Origin: Podarcis liolepis
Lineage: Eukaryota
DNA: 64,000 bases
Strand: one strand, 5' to 3'
Assembly (NCBI GenBank): GCA_965112155.1
Contig: OZ218107.1
Each line of letters opens with the position of its first letter. Positions within the stretch are counted from its first letter, which is position 1. A program made the position numbers and the translations under genes. Below are positions 12,201 to 25,180 of the stretch, piece after piece. Below the pieces are notes generated by a model. It searched no databases and had not been told where the DNA came from. It saw nothing but the letters and a program-made list of their open reading frames with translations.

Positions 12201-14931
12201 AACAACCTGCCCCCATGAGAAGTTTGGGCTTCCACTTTAAAGGATGAAAATACTAATGCACTGTAAGAAAACTTGAATAAGGAGAATTCTTTTACAAGCT
12301 CATTAATTATTTTCAAGCTACTATGATAGGGACCAGCCAAGTGATTTTTTTCTTTTTAAGGCAGGAATGGTAGCAAACCACTTCAATTGTGCTTTGTTCA
12401 CTGAATTGAATTATCTGTGGCCTCAACTGAATCTGCCCATGTTAGGGTGATGTGGGGGCATACAATGTTGACTTTTCATTTGGCACTTGCTCTTTGCGTA
12501 GAAACCTCACCGCATTGGAAAAGCTGTCAGCTTTGCAACATCATATACATACACTGCAGTCCTCTGACAGCATATGGGGTGATGATAAGAGGATGCGGAT
12601 TTCAGTGCCTGTAATACCCAGATAGTCCCATTTCTAAATTTCTTTATGCTCTCAAGACCTCAGAGAGACAGGAACAGGTGGCTGAAATGAACCCCATGCA
12701 TTCATGTGGCTAGACCAACATCCTTTAAAGAAAGCAAGTGGGAACTTGCAATGAATTTGGGGGGTGGGGGTGGGAGGAGGAAGTGAGGACACTTTTTTAT
12801 TTTATTCCTTTGCTCTCTCATGCAGTCAGTCAGTTGTTTTATGGGGGATTGGGCTCAGCAAATGTTTGCATGAAGCCCATTACCCCTTCTATAATGTAGA
12901 CAGAAATGTGTATCCATTTGATAACAATGTACAGTAGTTGTTTTCTGAATCTAAAACAATCTGAATGCATGCTCAGTTTGTGTTCCTAGTTAGTAAGCGA
13001 TTACAGAATACCAATAAAAGCCTGCTTTCTGAACTTGTCATCAGTACATATAGACAAATTTTCACCTTGAGGAATAAAGGGACTTGTCAAAGGAACACAT
13101 GGAATAAATGTTGCTATTTAGAAAAAAGCCATGACTTGCTAGAACCTTTTTCTGAAGGTTTGTGGAATACTAGATTAACAAGGCGACGTTTGGTTGAGAG
13201 TGTTAGTCTCATCTGCAGAAATGAAGACAGTTGACTGATACCTGGATTAGAAAGAGATTGTTTATTTTTGGAACGTTGTATTTTAGGAACCTACCGCAAA
13301 GTAAAATCATATAAATTTAAAGATCCTGTCCTAATTTTAAGGGTCTTTGTCCAGAGAGTCATGGGAATCAAGACATACTAACCATGTCTGGAAGCCATTA
13401 TAAATATATGCATATTAAAATGCCAGACATTTTACTGAGTGAGGGGTCGGAAAGCAAATAAGTAGAAACACATGGCAACTAGGCCAGCAAATAACCTTTT
13501 GTATGAGCATAGTGGAACGCAATACCAAAGTTTTTAGCTTGGGGCAAAAATGTTTCTGTTGCGGCACACCTTAATTCTGCAGGGAGGCCATTCCAGAGTG
13601 CGGATTCACCACAGATAAGACTCTCTTTGCTGTGGCCCGATGGACAACTGCACTCTGTGGCACATCCAAAAGGGCTTCTGTTGGTGATAAAAGTAAATGC
13701 AGTTCTGATAGGTCATGGGGTTTTTTTTAGAGAATAAAATATGCATAGGACTTAGCAAAACTTAAAAATCTGTGAGGTCAGATTTTTAAGCGTTCAAAAG
13801 GTCTGGTTAATAATAACAATAACCCAGAGCAGACATTGGGATGAGGACTTGCCCTGTGTCCTCGTGTAAGCTATTGAAAGGGTTTGGGTTACCCGTTTCC
13901 CAGTTCAGTTTTCCGTCCTATACTTCCCCTGTTCTCTTCTCACTGGCTGTGAACTGTGCTCCCTTTCTAAGAGCAACCCAGCTGGGACTGAGGTAGAATT
14001 GCAAATCTGCCTGCTGTGCACTTTCCTAAATGCCTTTTTAAACAATCTCAATAATTGATGAGCACCCAGGCCCTTCTCCGCGCGAAAGAACACGGGCGGT
14101 ATTCAGAACACAGAAATGCCATTTGGCCCATCAGAGCTCATCCCAGATACAACACCATTTCCCCAGGATACCATTTAATTGTTCTTTCCATGAAACCCAG
14201 TGGCTTTATGCTTGTCTCAATGGTCTCAGTTGCTTCGACTTCCTTGATGCAACACTCCTTGCGCGTGTTCTCTTTGTTAACTCCAGTCAGCAAAACTGAA
14301 GTTCTCTCTGGCCCTGTTGATACTCCTCCCTTTTTCTGCAAGAAATGAGGCATTCTTATTCACCACTGTCTTAAAGGTTCATCTTCGTGGCAGAGTTCTT
14401 GGGATCAGGCACACACTTGCCCAACATATCTAATCCTTTGCAAGCCATGTATTGCTAAAGTTTTTAGAACAGCCTTGTCTACTTGCTCATCTGCATTCCA
14501 GACAGGGGCAGTTACAAGACCAGTTCAGGGAGCATTGTACACACCATCCTGGGAGTAATGTAAATATGGGGCGGCGGGTCATGCCATACTCTTCCTGCTT
14601 GGGGGGTCTGGATAAGGCTTTTTCATCTCCTCAGCTTAATACTATAGCACAGGATAAGGTACCTAAGATCTCACAGAGACATTTCCCATACTCTCACCCC
14701 AAACCATTCTCATCAGCCATCACTTCATATAACTATCACCCAATGTTGTGAAGTTAATATTTAACCAAGGACTGGGTCAGACAGAGTTACAGAGTTGTGC
14801 AGAGTCTGCATACATATAAGCAAAGGGATGCAGCATCAGGCACTTAGGTTATATCCACATTCACGGCTTGAAACTCAGGGAGGACATTCCCCCCCGCAGT
14901 GTCGCAGAATGCATTTGCACAGTGTTGTTCG

Positions 14932-16800
14932 CATAGAATCATAGAAATGTACAGTTGGAAGGGACTCCAAGGGTCATCTAGTCCAATTCCCTGCACTGCC
15001 ACAAATCTCAGCTAAAACATCCCTGACAGATGGCCATCCAACCCCTGCTAAAACACCTCCAGTGTCCCAAGGGAGTCCATTCTGCTCTTGAATAGCTCTT
15101 ACCAACAGAAAGTTCTTCCTGATGTTGAGTTAAAATTTCATTTCTTATAACTTGAAGCCATTGGTTTGGGTCCTACCCCCTGGAGCAGGAGAAAACAAGC
15201 TTGCTCCATCTTCTGTGCGACAGCACTTTACATATTTGAAGATGGCTATAATATCTCAGTATCTTCTTTTCCTGGCTAAACATACCAAACCCCCTCAACT
15301 GTTCCTCATAAGGCTTGGTTTCCAGACCCTTTATCATCTTGGTTGCCTTCCTTTGCACACATTCTAGCTTGCCAGTATCCTTTGTCCATTCTTAAGGAAA
15401 TCAGCCCTAAGTGCTCACTGGAAGAACAGATCCTAAAGCTGAGGCTCCAATACTTTGGCCACCTCATGAGAAGAGAAGACTCCCTGGAAAAGACCCTGAT
15501 GTTGGGAAAGATTCAGGGCACAAGGAGAAGGGGACGACTGAGGACGAGATGGTTGGACAATGTTCTCGAAACTACTAACATGAGTTTGACCAAACTGCAG
15601 GAGGCAGTGGAAGACAGGAGTGCCTGGCGTGCTCTGGTCCATGGGGTCACTAAGAGTCGGACACAACTAAACAACTAAACAACTAAACAACAACAACAGA
15701 ACTGGACACAGGACTCCAGGTGGGGTCTGACTAAAGGAGAATGGAGTGGGACTATTATTTTCCTTGACCTGGATACTATACTTCTGTTGATGAAGCCTAG
15801 AATAGTATTAGGGGTTTTTTTTTGGGGGGGGGGGGGTTCTGCTGCTGCTGCTGTTGCTGCATCACACTATTGATTCATGTTAAACTTGTGGTCTCCTAAG
15901 ACCCCCATATCCTTTTCACATGTACTACTGGCAGGCCTCCATCTAATATTTGTGCAGCTGTTTCTTCCTGCCTAAGTGCAGAATCTTACATTTGTCCCTA
16001 CTGAAATTCATTTTGATAGTTTGAGCCCAGTTCTCCAATCTGTTGAGGTCATATTGAATCCTGATTCTACCTTCTATGGCATTAACGACCCCTCCCAGCT
16101 TGGTGTCATCTGCTAATCTGATAAGCATGCCCTCAATTCCTTAATCCATTGTTTTTAAAGACATTGAACAATGGGCACCCCACTTGCCACTTTTTTCCAG
16201 GATGATGAGGAACCATTAATGAGTACTCTTTGAGTTTGGTCAGTCAACCAGCTACAAATCCACCTAACAGTTACCTTGTTCAACCCATATTTTAGCCGCT
16301 TCTCTGCAAGAATATCATGGGGGGACTTTGTCAAAAACCTTACAGAAATCAAGATACACTATGTCCACAGCATTCTCTGCATCCACCAAGAAATGATATT
16401 CATCTGGCATGACTTATTTTTGAGAAACCCATGCTGGGTCTTAGTAATCACAGCATTCTTTTCTAAGTACTCACAGACCGACTGTTGAATTGCCTGTTCT
16501 AGGACCTAGTATCAATGTCAAGCTCACTGGTCTGTAGTTACCTTCCACTTTTTTTGAAGATGGGGACAACATTTGCCCACCTCCAGTCTTCAGGGACCTC
16601 ACCTGTTCTCCAAAAAATTTCAAAAATCATAGACAAAGGCTCTGAGATTACATCCACAAGCTCATTTAGTACCCTTGAATGCAGCTCATCAGGCCCTGGA
16701 GATTTGAATTCATTTAAAGTAGTTGGTGTTCCCTTACTATCTCTTTTCCTGTCTTGAGCTGTAGCTCCCTCCTTACATCATATATTCTGTTATCACCAGG
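14932..16800 (-). mobile_element. CR1 LINE 3' part (RT domain and 3' UTR), interrupted by BovB
   Basis: Terminal (ATTCTATG)n on minus (catagaatcatagaa on plus); minus-strand peptides YLDFCKVFDK.PHDIL, QTQRVLINGSSSSWKKVASGVP, LIRLADDTKLGG, QRKATKMIKGLETKPYEEQLR. Confidence 0.93.
15385..15697 (+). mobile_element. RTE-BovB LINE 3' fragment nested in the CR1
   Basis: ILKEISPKCSLEEQILKLRLQYFGHLMRREDSLEKTLMLGKIQGTRRRGRLRTRWLD...WRALVHGVTKSRTQLNN* then a (CAACTAAA)/(CAA)n tail, the classic BovB C-terminus. Confidence 0.93.
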
Positions 16801-17574
16801 TTGGGCATCACTTTCCTATTTGTTAAGCTGTGCATGCATAACTGCTGTTGGAGTATGCTCACGTGATCACTTACTCTTCATCCAGTTTTCTAGGCAGATT
16901 GAAGCTGGTTTGAGGAAAGGAAAACACACCAAACAGCAGTATTTCTCAAGAAACCACAGGGTCAATATGGATTGTGGCTAACATTGTGTAAACGTGGCTT
17001 CAAAAACTAGCAGTGGGAGTGCACTGGATGCAGAGTAAGTGTGATGTGAACATATCCACTTTGCCTACATTTAAAGAAGCAAGCTGCACTTCTGTGATGT
17101 TCATGCTTCACCTTTTCTCCACAATGCAGTAACAGGTGCAGTAACCTGAGGCTCCCTCAGAGTTTCCTGCTCTGCTTTTTGAGAAAAGGCTAGTGGGGTG
17201 ACAAAGGCATCCTATGAAGGAGGAACGCAAAGTGAAGGGAGTAGACAGCAGACTCTGCTGTAGTGTTGTTCATGTGAACAACTAGTATGAAGACCTTAAG
17301 ATAAATAAATGATTTTGATTTGAATAGCAGGTGGAAAGTATAATGAATGAACTGTTTACGTCAGTTTGGAATGGCAAGCTGAAAGGCACTGGAAATCCTC
17401 GTATTAGAGATGGGAGTTAGCAAGAGACTATTAGGAACAGACACCGTGAACCATAGCTGAGGCACATGGACAGGGTTTCTGTCTGTTTGTGCATATATAT
17501 GTGGCCTAAGGGGTGGGGAGAACGGACTAAAATAGCAGGGGATGCTATGAAATTGATTTTGTCAAGTGCAAAAT

Positions 17575-18095
17575 TCATCAGCCAGGTTGCTCACCAGGGC
17601 AAAACAGTTTGAGCATATTGCACAAATCCTGTCCTGACTGCACGGGCTGCCAATGAGTTTCCAGGCCCCATTCAAAGTGCTAGTTTTGATCTATAAAGTC
17701 TTAAGCAGCTCAGGACTACAATTACTAAAGAAACACCTCTCCCCATATGAACTGACCTGGACCCTACAATATTCATCTGAACCTCTTCTTTTGTGTGCCT
17801 CTTGCATGAGAGGTCCAGAGGGTGGCAACATGAGAACGGGCCTTTTTTGCTGTGGATCCATGTTTGTGGAATGCTCTTCCCAGGGAGGCTCACCTTACAT
17901 ATCTTTAAGCACCAGGCAAAACATTCCTGTTCTCCCAGGCCTTTGGCTAATTAAGCAGTCTATGGCCTTTTAAACTGTGTTGGGGGGAAGTTATTGTTTC
18001 TGTTTGTTACTATGTTACATATTTTTGCCTTTTTATATTGTAGACCGCCCTGTGATCCTTGAATGAAGGGTGGTATAGAAATATAGAAATAATGA
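17575..18095 (+). mobile_element. L2 LINE 3' fragment
   Basis: ARLLT...LHGLPMSFQAPFKVLVLIYKVL..SGLQLLKKHLSPYE (L2 LHWLP.FR.FKVL.YKAL motif), WNALP, AT-rich 3' end. Confidence 0.82.
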
Positions 18096-18288
18096 AGTAT
18101 TGTAGTGTCACAAGTGGTGACTCTTGGAGACCATGTTTGAAGATATAGAGCACTGTCTTCCAATGAGAGCAATATGAGATGGTAGAAGGGGTGAAAAGGG
18201 AATGGAGAGAATACAGTCTGTATTGTGGAACTGTGTGTGATGAAACTGTGTAGCCCTGTCCAGCTAAACCTTTAGCATTGGCATGTTG

Positions 18289-18426
18289 CAGTGCTGTTTT
18301 TAAAGAAAAAGAGGTGCCGGAACTCACCACGAGTTCCTCCCTTGCTCTCTTATAATGGCAATGGCACCCACTGGGGAGGTGCCGGAACTGAGTTTCAGTG
18401 AGTTTCGACTGGGAAAAAAAGCCCTG
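18289..18426. mobile_element. hAT-type MITE
   Basis: Termini cagtgctgtttt / aaaaaagccctg; flanks gcatgttg / gcatgctt (6/8); internal direct repeat gaggtgccggaact twice. Confidence 0.7.
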
Positions 18427-19470
18427 GCATGCTTTCAGAATATGGCTCTCTCTCTCCACTGCCTTCTCTCATTGTGTTATGTCTTAAGCAGTTTATTTAG
18501 GAATTTCCCACGTAAAACAATGCCTCTTGTCAAATTTCTATGTTGGAAACTCGAGCGGATTCTAGTGGTATGAAATTGTATGGCTAGGATATCCCTTAAG
18601 TGATCCCTAACTGGAAGAAAATTCCAGTGTCCGAGAACAACTAGCAGAGCAGAACCCAGTGTGGATGCCCCAGGTCAGAACTGATCAGCTGTAGACAGGA
18701 ATCAAGGTTCCTGAGATGGATTAAACTCATTACTTTATTGCCCTCCTCCTGAACCTCTTGCTACTGGAAGATTTGGCCTGAAGTAGCTTGTTGCCAGTCA
18801 CAGAGCTTTCATCCCAAGGCACTTGTTCTCATTGTTGTGCCAAATGTGAACTCTTGAAATCTTCTTTGGAAGTTGTTATTCTTAGTAGTTGTTTTTTTGC
18901 GTACTCAAGGGGAGATTACAGTATGTGTAAAAAAGGATGCTGTTTCACATCCCATGTATTTCTCTCCATATGCGAAGCATTTACAGATGCTCCTGCAATG
19001 CAAAGCTCCTGCATTTATTTTTATGTGTTTACAGGCACAGTTCTTGAAATTACGGTAACCTGATTGTCAGCTTTTCAGTGGGAGGACTCTGTGTTCTCAG
19101 TGTCTATTGATTTGGACTGTATTTCTGCTATTGTGGTATTAATGTTTAGGTACAGAGCACATGTCACTCTATGCACCATTTAGTCAACCTTAAGCAAAAC
19201 AGATTGATTTTCCTTTATTAATTAATTCTCTTAAATTTCCCTTGCCGCACTGGAAATGTTTCCAACCCTGTTTTCCTTATGAGAAAAATGGGCACATCTA
19301 AACGGATTTTTTAAAAAAAAATGTGCAGAAGGACTTGCATGCACATAAGGGGACTTCTTCTTCTTCCTCTCATCCCCCCTCCCAACCAATTGGCAGCTCC
19401 ATCCCTGCATTCTGTTGGGGTCTGATTCTGCATTCAGGTGGGCTGTTGGAAGAGTAGTCAAGGCCAGCCG

Positions 19471-19574
19471 TAGGGTTGCCGTATGCCCAGAATTTCCTGG
19501 ACATAACTGGGATTTGGCCGTTGCAAACAGTGTCTGGGCAGAATTCGCTGAAAATCCAGGCATATGGCAACCCA
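19471..19574. mobile_element. MITE with TAGGGTTGCC termini (hAT Tip100/Blackjack-like)
   Basis: tagggttgccgtatgcccagaattt ... aaatccaggcatatggcaaccc; related copy at 59631-59716. Confidence 0.75.
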
Positions 19575-21544
19575 TGTCAAAAGTGTAGACTTTGGCGAAT
19601 TCCATTAAAAATAGTTCAAAAAACTATCCACAGCTTTTGTGGATTTTCACTTTTTGAAATATAGCAATCCAGTGCTAAAACAGGAATATGACTCCAGGAC
19701 AGCCAAGTCCATATGGGCTTTTTTTTTTTTTGCCTGACAAGTTAAGTCACTTCTTTGTGGGCTGTTTTTCAGACCCTTGGCTTCAGAAAGGTCTGCACAG
19801 TTCCATAACATGCAGTCACTGCTACAAGTTATATGTTCTTTACAATTTTATGGTTGGTAGGGGAAGAGGCCTTGTGGTTTGTTGCAGAAGGAGATCAGAG
19901 CCCTCTCAAGACGGCACAGAATAGCAACACAGCATTCTTGTGGATAAATGAGCTTTTCTGCAGCAGCTTCAAAAGGGTGAAATTGCGGCATGCGGTTGTT
20001 TGCACTGCTTAATCAGTGCACCAGTGTATTCTTTCTGTTGCTGCCTGACTTTGGGGAGCATTTTGTGATGCAGATGACATGCAAAACTCTATGCAAAATG
20101 CTGATGTTTAGAAGTGTATGAGTAAAAGAGTTTACTTGCTGGATTCCACAGATTTCAGCTACTTTTGGTCTTTTTACACCATTGTGTGCTAGTCAGATTT
20201 TGACAGGGGACCCTTGGCCCTTGCCTCGCCAGCTACCATCCTCATGCTGTGGGGGCTGCCACTTCATATAAAGGCATCCAATTGCTCATCCTGCGCAGAT
20301 GCACCTGGCTTGGTTGGCACTAAATAAGCACAGATTTGAGTAAAGGCAGCGCAGTTGTTCCTTAGAGGGCCGGTATTCACCTTTGTCCTAAATAGATACT
20401 TACTTTTGTCTCAAGCAGTTAAGGTAATCTTCAGTCCAAGTTTGGCTTGATTTGCTCAAATCAATATGTGAAATTCAATCTCCTGTGTCCTTGACATCTT
20501 CAGGCCACTGACCAAATGCCTCCAGTTTCCTTGCTTCTCCAGCTCCTTTTCATATACAGAAAGATGCTCTTGTCCTTTGGTTCTATTAGGCTTTCCATAG
20601 CCCTCTTTCTGCAGCTGCCATGATACCAATTATATATATTGGTTTTGATTGGAAGAAATATAAGGGAAAGGTAATGTAAACCCCAACATTAGCAATATGA
20701 CTTGATATATTTATATCAGCTGGCTTTATACGTATTTGTCTTAAGTTAAAATGACTTATCATAAGCTGGCTTGGCCAGCCTTTCCCAATTAAAGGTCCCA
20801 TTAACCATCTCTTCATTTGTTCCTTCTCCCTCTATCTTGCATTTCCTGCAATCCCTGGTTTATAAGACAGGCTCCTTCTTTACAGTCTCACTTCTCTAAA
20901 CTCACGAAGTGTATACCATGCATGCATTTTAGCTTTTACTGACTTAAGGGGAGAGAATTGTCTAAAGATTTGTTATAAATCTCCCTTGTGAAACTAGCAG
21001 GTGAATTGGCCAGTGTAAATCCTTATAAAGAAATTTACCAGATGGTTTGGTTTTTCCCCAAATGTCTGCAGAATTTGAATTTCTAGATATTGACCTCAAA
21101 TATGCCTCTCCCTCCCTTACACTGTATTTGAAGGCCCTGTGCTAGAGCTGGTGAGAAACAGCAGTTCAGCCCACAATTCATGAAACTGATCTGGTAATTC
21201 AGGGAGAAATGGGTTTTGAAATGGCTCCCCCAACCTAGTTTCACTGATTCATTTTGCTATTTATGTATTATTTAAAATATTTTTAGCCTGCCCTTCTTCA
21301 TGAATGATCTACCCCAGGGTAGAGTAGAATAAGCAATTTAAAACTATAATGAAACATGAATAAAACACAGTCATACAATACAAGGAGGGCCTCAGCCTTT
21401 AAAACACAGCCAGCTATTTCTTAGTACCCCAAGAAACTAAGAAAAAAGAAGCTAAGAAAGCTAAGGCATCAAAAAGCAAAAGAAGAAAAGAAGAAAAAAG
21501 ATGGCATGAGCCAAACATCAAATTGATAGGAACACACACAAAAA

Positions 21545-22370
21545 AGAAAGTTGCTTTATCAGTCCATCTAGTTCCATCTATCTGCAACTATCGGTTCACC
21601 AAACTTAGGATTGTCTTCTCTGACTGGCAGTGGTTCTCAGTGGCATAGCATGGGGGGTGAGGGGGGCCATGGCCTCAGGTGCAGAATTCTGAGGGGGCAC
21701 AACCCTGTGCTCCCCACAACAGGCTGCCTTGCCAAGGCTGAATGGCTGCTGCCTTCCAGAGCCGCAGGGTGGCAAGCCATACCTGGGATGGGCCTTTGTA
21801 TCTGCATTCTTCTCCTTGTGGCCAGTGAAGGGACATCTGCCCCTGGGTGGAACTTGGCCGGCTGGAGCCCGGACTTTTTCTGGCCCATGCCGATCCTTCC
21901 CCTCCCTCCTGGCCTGTGTCCTTGGGGGAGGAGAACCAACCTCTTGTTCGGGACCTGCTGGTGCCTGTCCTTGCACTGTGTGGCCAAAGAGAGGCAACTG
22001 AGGAAGGGCTGCATTTGGTACCTCAGCCTGCTCTCTGCCATCCTCCTACTTGGCCTGCTGCAGCTGTGTCTCAGGTGTTGCTGGGATGCTGCCAAGACTG
22101 CCGCTGCTTCCGCCGGGAGCTCGCTGAGATGGGAGGATGAACGCAGGACCAAAAGGCGACCTCTGTGAGGAGCAGCCGCCACAGGGGTACAGTGAAGCCC
22201 GCCTGTTGCCTCCCATGCAAGGCCCACAAGGAGGTTAGGGTGCGCATTCCTTGCCTTGCCCCAGGTGCTGCCAACACATGCTCTCCCTGGTTTTAGGCAG
22301 GGGTCTCTTTCCAATTGACCCAAAGATGTTTGGGATTGAGCCAGGGACTATGCTCTGCCACTGAGCTATG
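21545..22370 (-). mobile_element. tRNA-derived SINE (family of 55175-55354) split by a ~650 bp GC-rich insertion
   Basis: Head catagctcagtggcagagca on minus at ~22370-22350; body resumes on the far side of the insert (gtccatctag...ctgactggcagtggttctc). Confidence 0.6.
21638..22289. mobile_element. GC-rich hAT-like insertion with unexplained interior
   Basis: Left end cagtggcatagcatgg...caggtg...ctgaggggg resembles the 8020 and 59806 elements; right end gccccaggtgctgcc...catgctctccctg resembles the 8456 end. No clean TSD. Confidence 0.5.
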
Positions 22371-24534
22371 ACATTTGCCACCTACTTTAGTGTGTTTGGA
22401 GCAAGCCTTACTTATTGAACTCAGAAAGACTAACATCTGATTAGACATGTGCAGGATTGAAGATTATAGACATCTGTATTCTAGTGTATGGAAATGTAAC
22501 TGAGTATCCCCCCCCCTTCTTCATGCTCACTCATTTTTTTCTTTCTTTTGTTCCCTTTTTGTCACTCCTTCTGTTTATAAATGAAATTCTTCCAAAGAAC
22601 AGGATTGCACCGTTAATCTCTGATCACCCGCAAATTGGTCTTTTAATCCTTTGGGTCTCCTTTTGCACGACATAGTTTTGAGGTTTAGTGAGACATTCTT
22701 ATTTATTCCTTATTTGCCACTTCACATAAACAACACACACAACAAAATTAATGAATCGAAGCAACCCATTTGGATGTGATTGAAATGGCTGTGAAATGAT
22801 CGTTATTTTGAGACAGCCCTATACTTAAGTAGACTATTTTCTGTTGATAGATTTGAGACCAGATTTTGGATTACGAATTTGCTTTATTATGAACTTCTGG
22901 AAAACCTGGGGTTTGGCAAATGCAAACATCAGGTTTCAAAAACAAAGTTTGCAGAAGGAAATTCACTGGATTGTTATACGTACAGGCCCTAATCTGGCAA
23001 ACTTTAGTCCTAATTTAAGTGTTGTTGAAATGAATTGGACACGTTAATGTGACAAATTCATTCTGTTGATATCAGTAGCCCTTATACCCTGGATTGGCAT
23101 GGTCAATTTCAGCACTTTGGCACAGCTCAATGCTGATACCTACCCAAGACTCTCCTTTGCCTTCCTTTTTCTGACCCAGCAGTCTGAGCGGTGCTGGGCC
23201 GTTGGGCCTAGCCACCATTTATATTTCCCACCCTGACATAACATTGTTCTGGGGCATTGTGAGAGATTAATATGGTTAGACCAAGCTGTCCAGTACTGAT
23301 TGGGGTGGGGATACTAATCCACCATTGCAAACCACAAGTACGTTCAATGAGATTTGTCCACATTTGTAGCTGCCATCTATTTTGGGTGCCATGTAGCCCT
23401 CCAGTAACGTGGACAAACATAGTCAGCAGTTGTCCGATGTGGGGACACTGCAAGTGTTCTTTGGCAGAGGCTGAATTGATTGACTGTTATTGGCAAGGAG
23501 TTATTTTTGGGAGGCAATGATAAGAACACCCTGTACTTCTGTGAGTTTGGCTCTGCCTTACAAGGTTATTATCCAGGAGTTTAATCAGAGACTGTCAAAT
23601 GCATAAAGAAAGTGGCTAGCGTCTTAAGCAGTGTCTTTCATATGATGTAAGCTTCCGAGGTACAAATGAAAGCAATAAGAAATAAAACTCTGTTCATACA
23701 GGCTTCTTCATTGACTTTTTGAGCTCCTTTTATGACAACATATCTGTATCTTTAAATCAAAGTTATATTTTATCCTACCCTTGTTCCTTTCTAAACCTTC
23801 AACAATGCTGCACAGTAGTAATATTGTATACATTTCTCCTAAAGGCTCTTCAAGCTCTTTAAATCACTACTTTAGTCAAGAACACTTCATATGTGCATCT
23901 ATTAAAATCCAGCATTTTTTTTAAGAAAAGGAAATATGATAGGTAGGAAAGCTTTTTAAGCAACGTGCAGTGCGTTTAGAAGGTATAGAATTAGGCATTG
24001 GTAGAGCCTACACAAAAGGAACTGTGACAAAGACACTAGAGTCTCCAAAGGCCCAGGGTATGCATGGGGAAGGATTCCTTTTGTCTATTAAACTGAGCAT
24101 GTATTGTAGCAAGTTTATAATAACTTTATGAGAGTGGGTGCAATCTGTTGAAACCCCCAAGAGGAAATACAGGCAATTTATATAGCTTTGATTGCCCAAT
24201 CATTAACTGGATGACAAGTGGATAAGCCAGAGAAAATAAAACAAAAGGTGTGACATGCTTGGTACATGGCACAGTGACTGGCTTTGCACTTAGCAGGCAA
24301 ACGTGTATTCTTGTTCCATAAGTGGGGTTTTGTACCTCTAAATGCTTCAGTAAGGTTTAAGCAAGCATGGAAGAATACAGAACAGGCTCTGGTTTGCATT
24401 TAATAAAGGTTGTAGCTGCTAAAGATCCATCTTTGCTGTTTTTGTAACCCTAATCATTCTTTTAGAGCCTTGACAGAGATCGGTGTAGGGAGGTGGAAAT
24501 AGGAAGGCTGGAACTGGGCTGTAAATGTAGGCTT

Positions 24535-24877
24535 AGGTAAAGATAAAGGGACCCCTGACCAATAGGTCCAGTCGTAACTGACTCTGGGGTTGCGGTGCTC
24601 ATCTCACTTCACTGGGTGAGGGAGCCAGCATACAGCTTCTGGGTCATGTCACCAGCATGACAAAGCTTCTTCTGGCCAACCTGAGCAGCGCACGGAAACG
24701 CCGTTTACTTTCCCACCGGAGTGGTACCTATTGATCTACTTGCACTTTGACGTGCTTTCGATCTGCTAGGTTGGCAGGAGCAGGGACCGAGCAATGGGAG
24801 CTCACCCGGTCGCAAGGATTCGAACCGCGACTTTCTGATTGGCAAGTCCTAGGCTCTGTGGTTTAACCCACAGCGCC
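24535..24877 (-). mobile_element. Sauria SINE (Squam1), near full length
   Basis: Minus strand begins ggcgctgtgggttaaaccacagagcctagg with B box ggttcgaatcc, typical body (ggtaccactcc, catgctgg..acatgaccc) and (ACCTTT)-type tail; flanks ggcttagg / ggtttagg. Confidence 0.9.
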
Positions 24878-24885
24878 GGTTTAGG

Positions 24886-25180
24886 AAGTGCCTATTGGGA
24901 CTGGTAGGGCAGAAGACAGAGAGGTCAACAATTGGTGGAGTCAGAGCCAATGACTGTCAGAGCTAACTAATGCTCCTCCCAGCTAAGCTCTACAAGAGTG
25001 ACGAAGAACTCTTCTACAAGAGTGACTAAGTTCTACAAGAGTGAGACAAAGAAAGAGGAAGCACACAACTAGTGCCACCCCCTGGACTGAAAGTAAGAAA
25101 GCAGGCAGGTGGGGGCTGACTGAAGGCAGACTGAGGTTCATGGACAGTTCCCCATTTGCCCTAATAGACAGCCTCCCCTG
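24886..25180. mobile_element. Non-autonomous hAT-like element with 8-bp TSD
   Basis: ggtttagg at 24878-24885 and 25181-25188; homologous to 9138-9316; internal triplicated tctacaagagtga. Confidence 0.65.

Noticed and set aside
22021-22041. MAESRLR resembles a stretch I recall from DBF4B
   Set aside because: Only 7 residues with no similarity downstream; likely coincidence.
23108-23130. REST/RE1-like ttcagcactttggcacagc (also 51013-51032)
   Set aside because: Mismatches in core positions and wrong half-site spacing.
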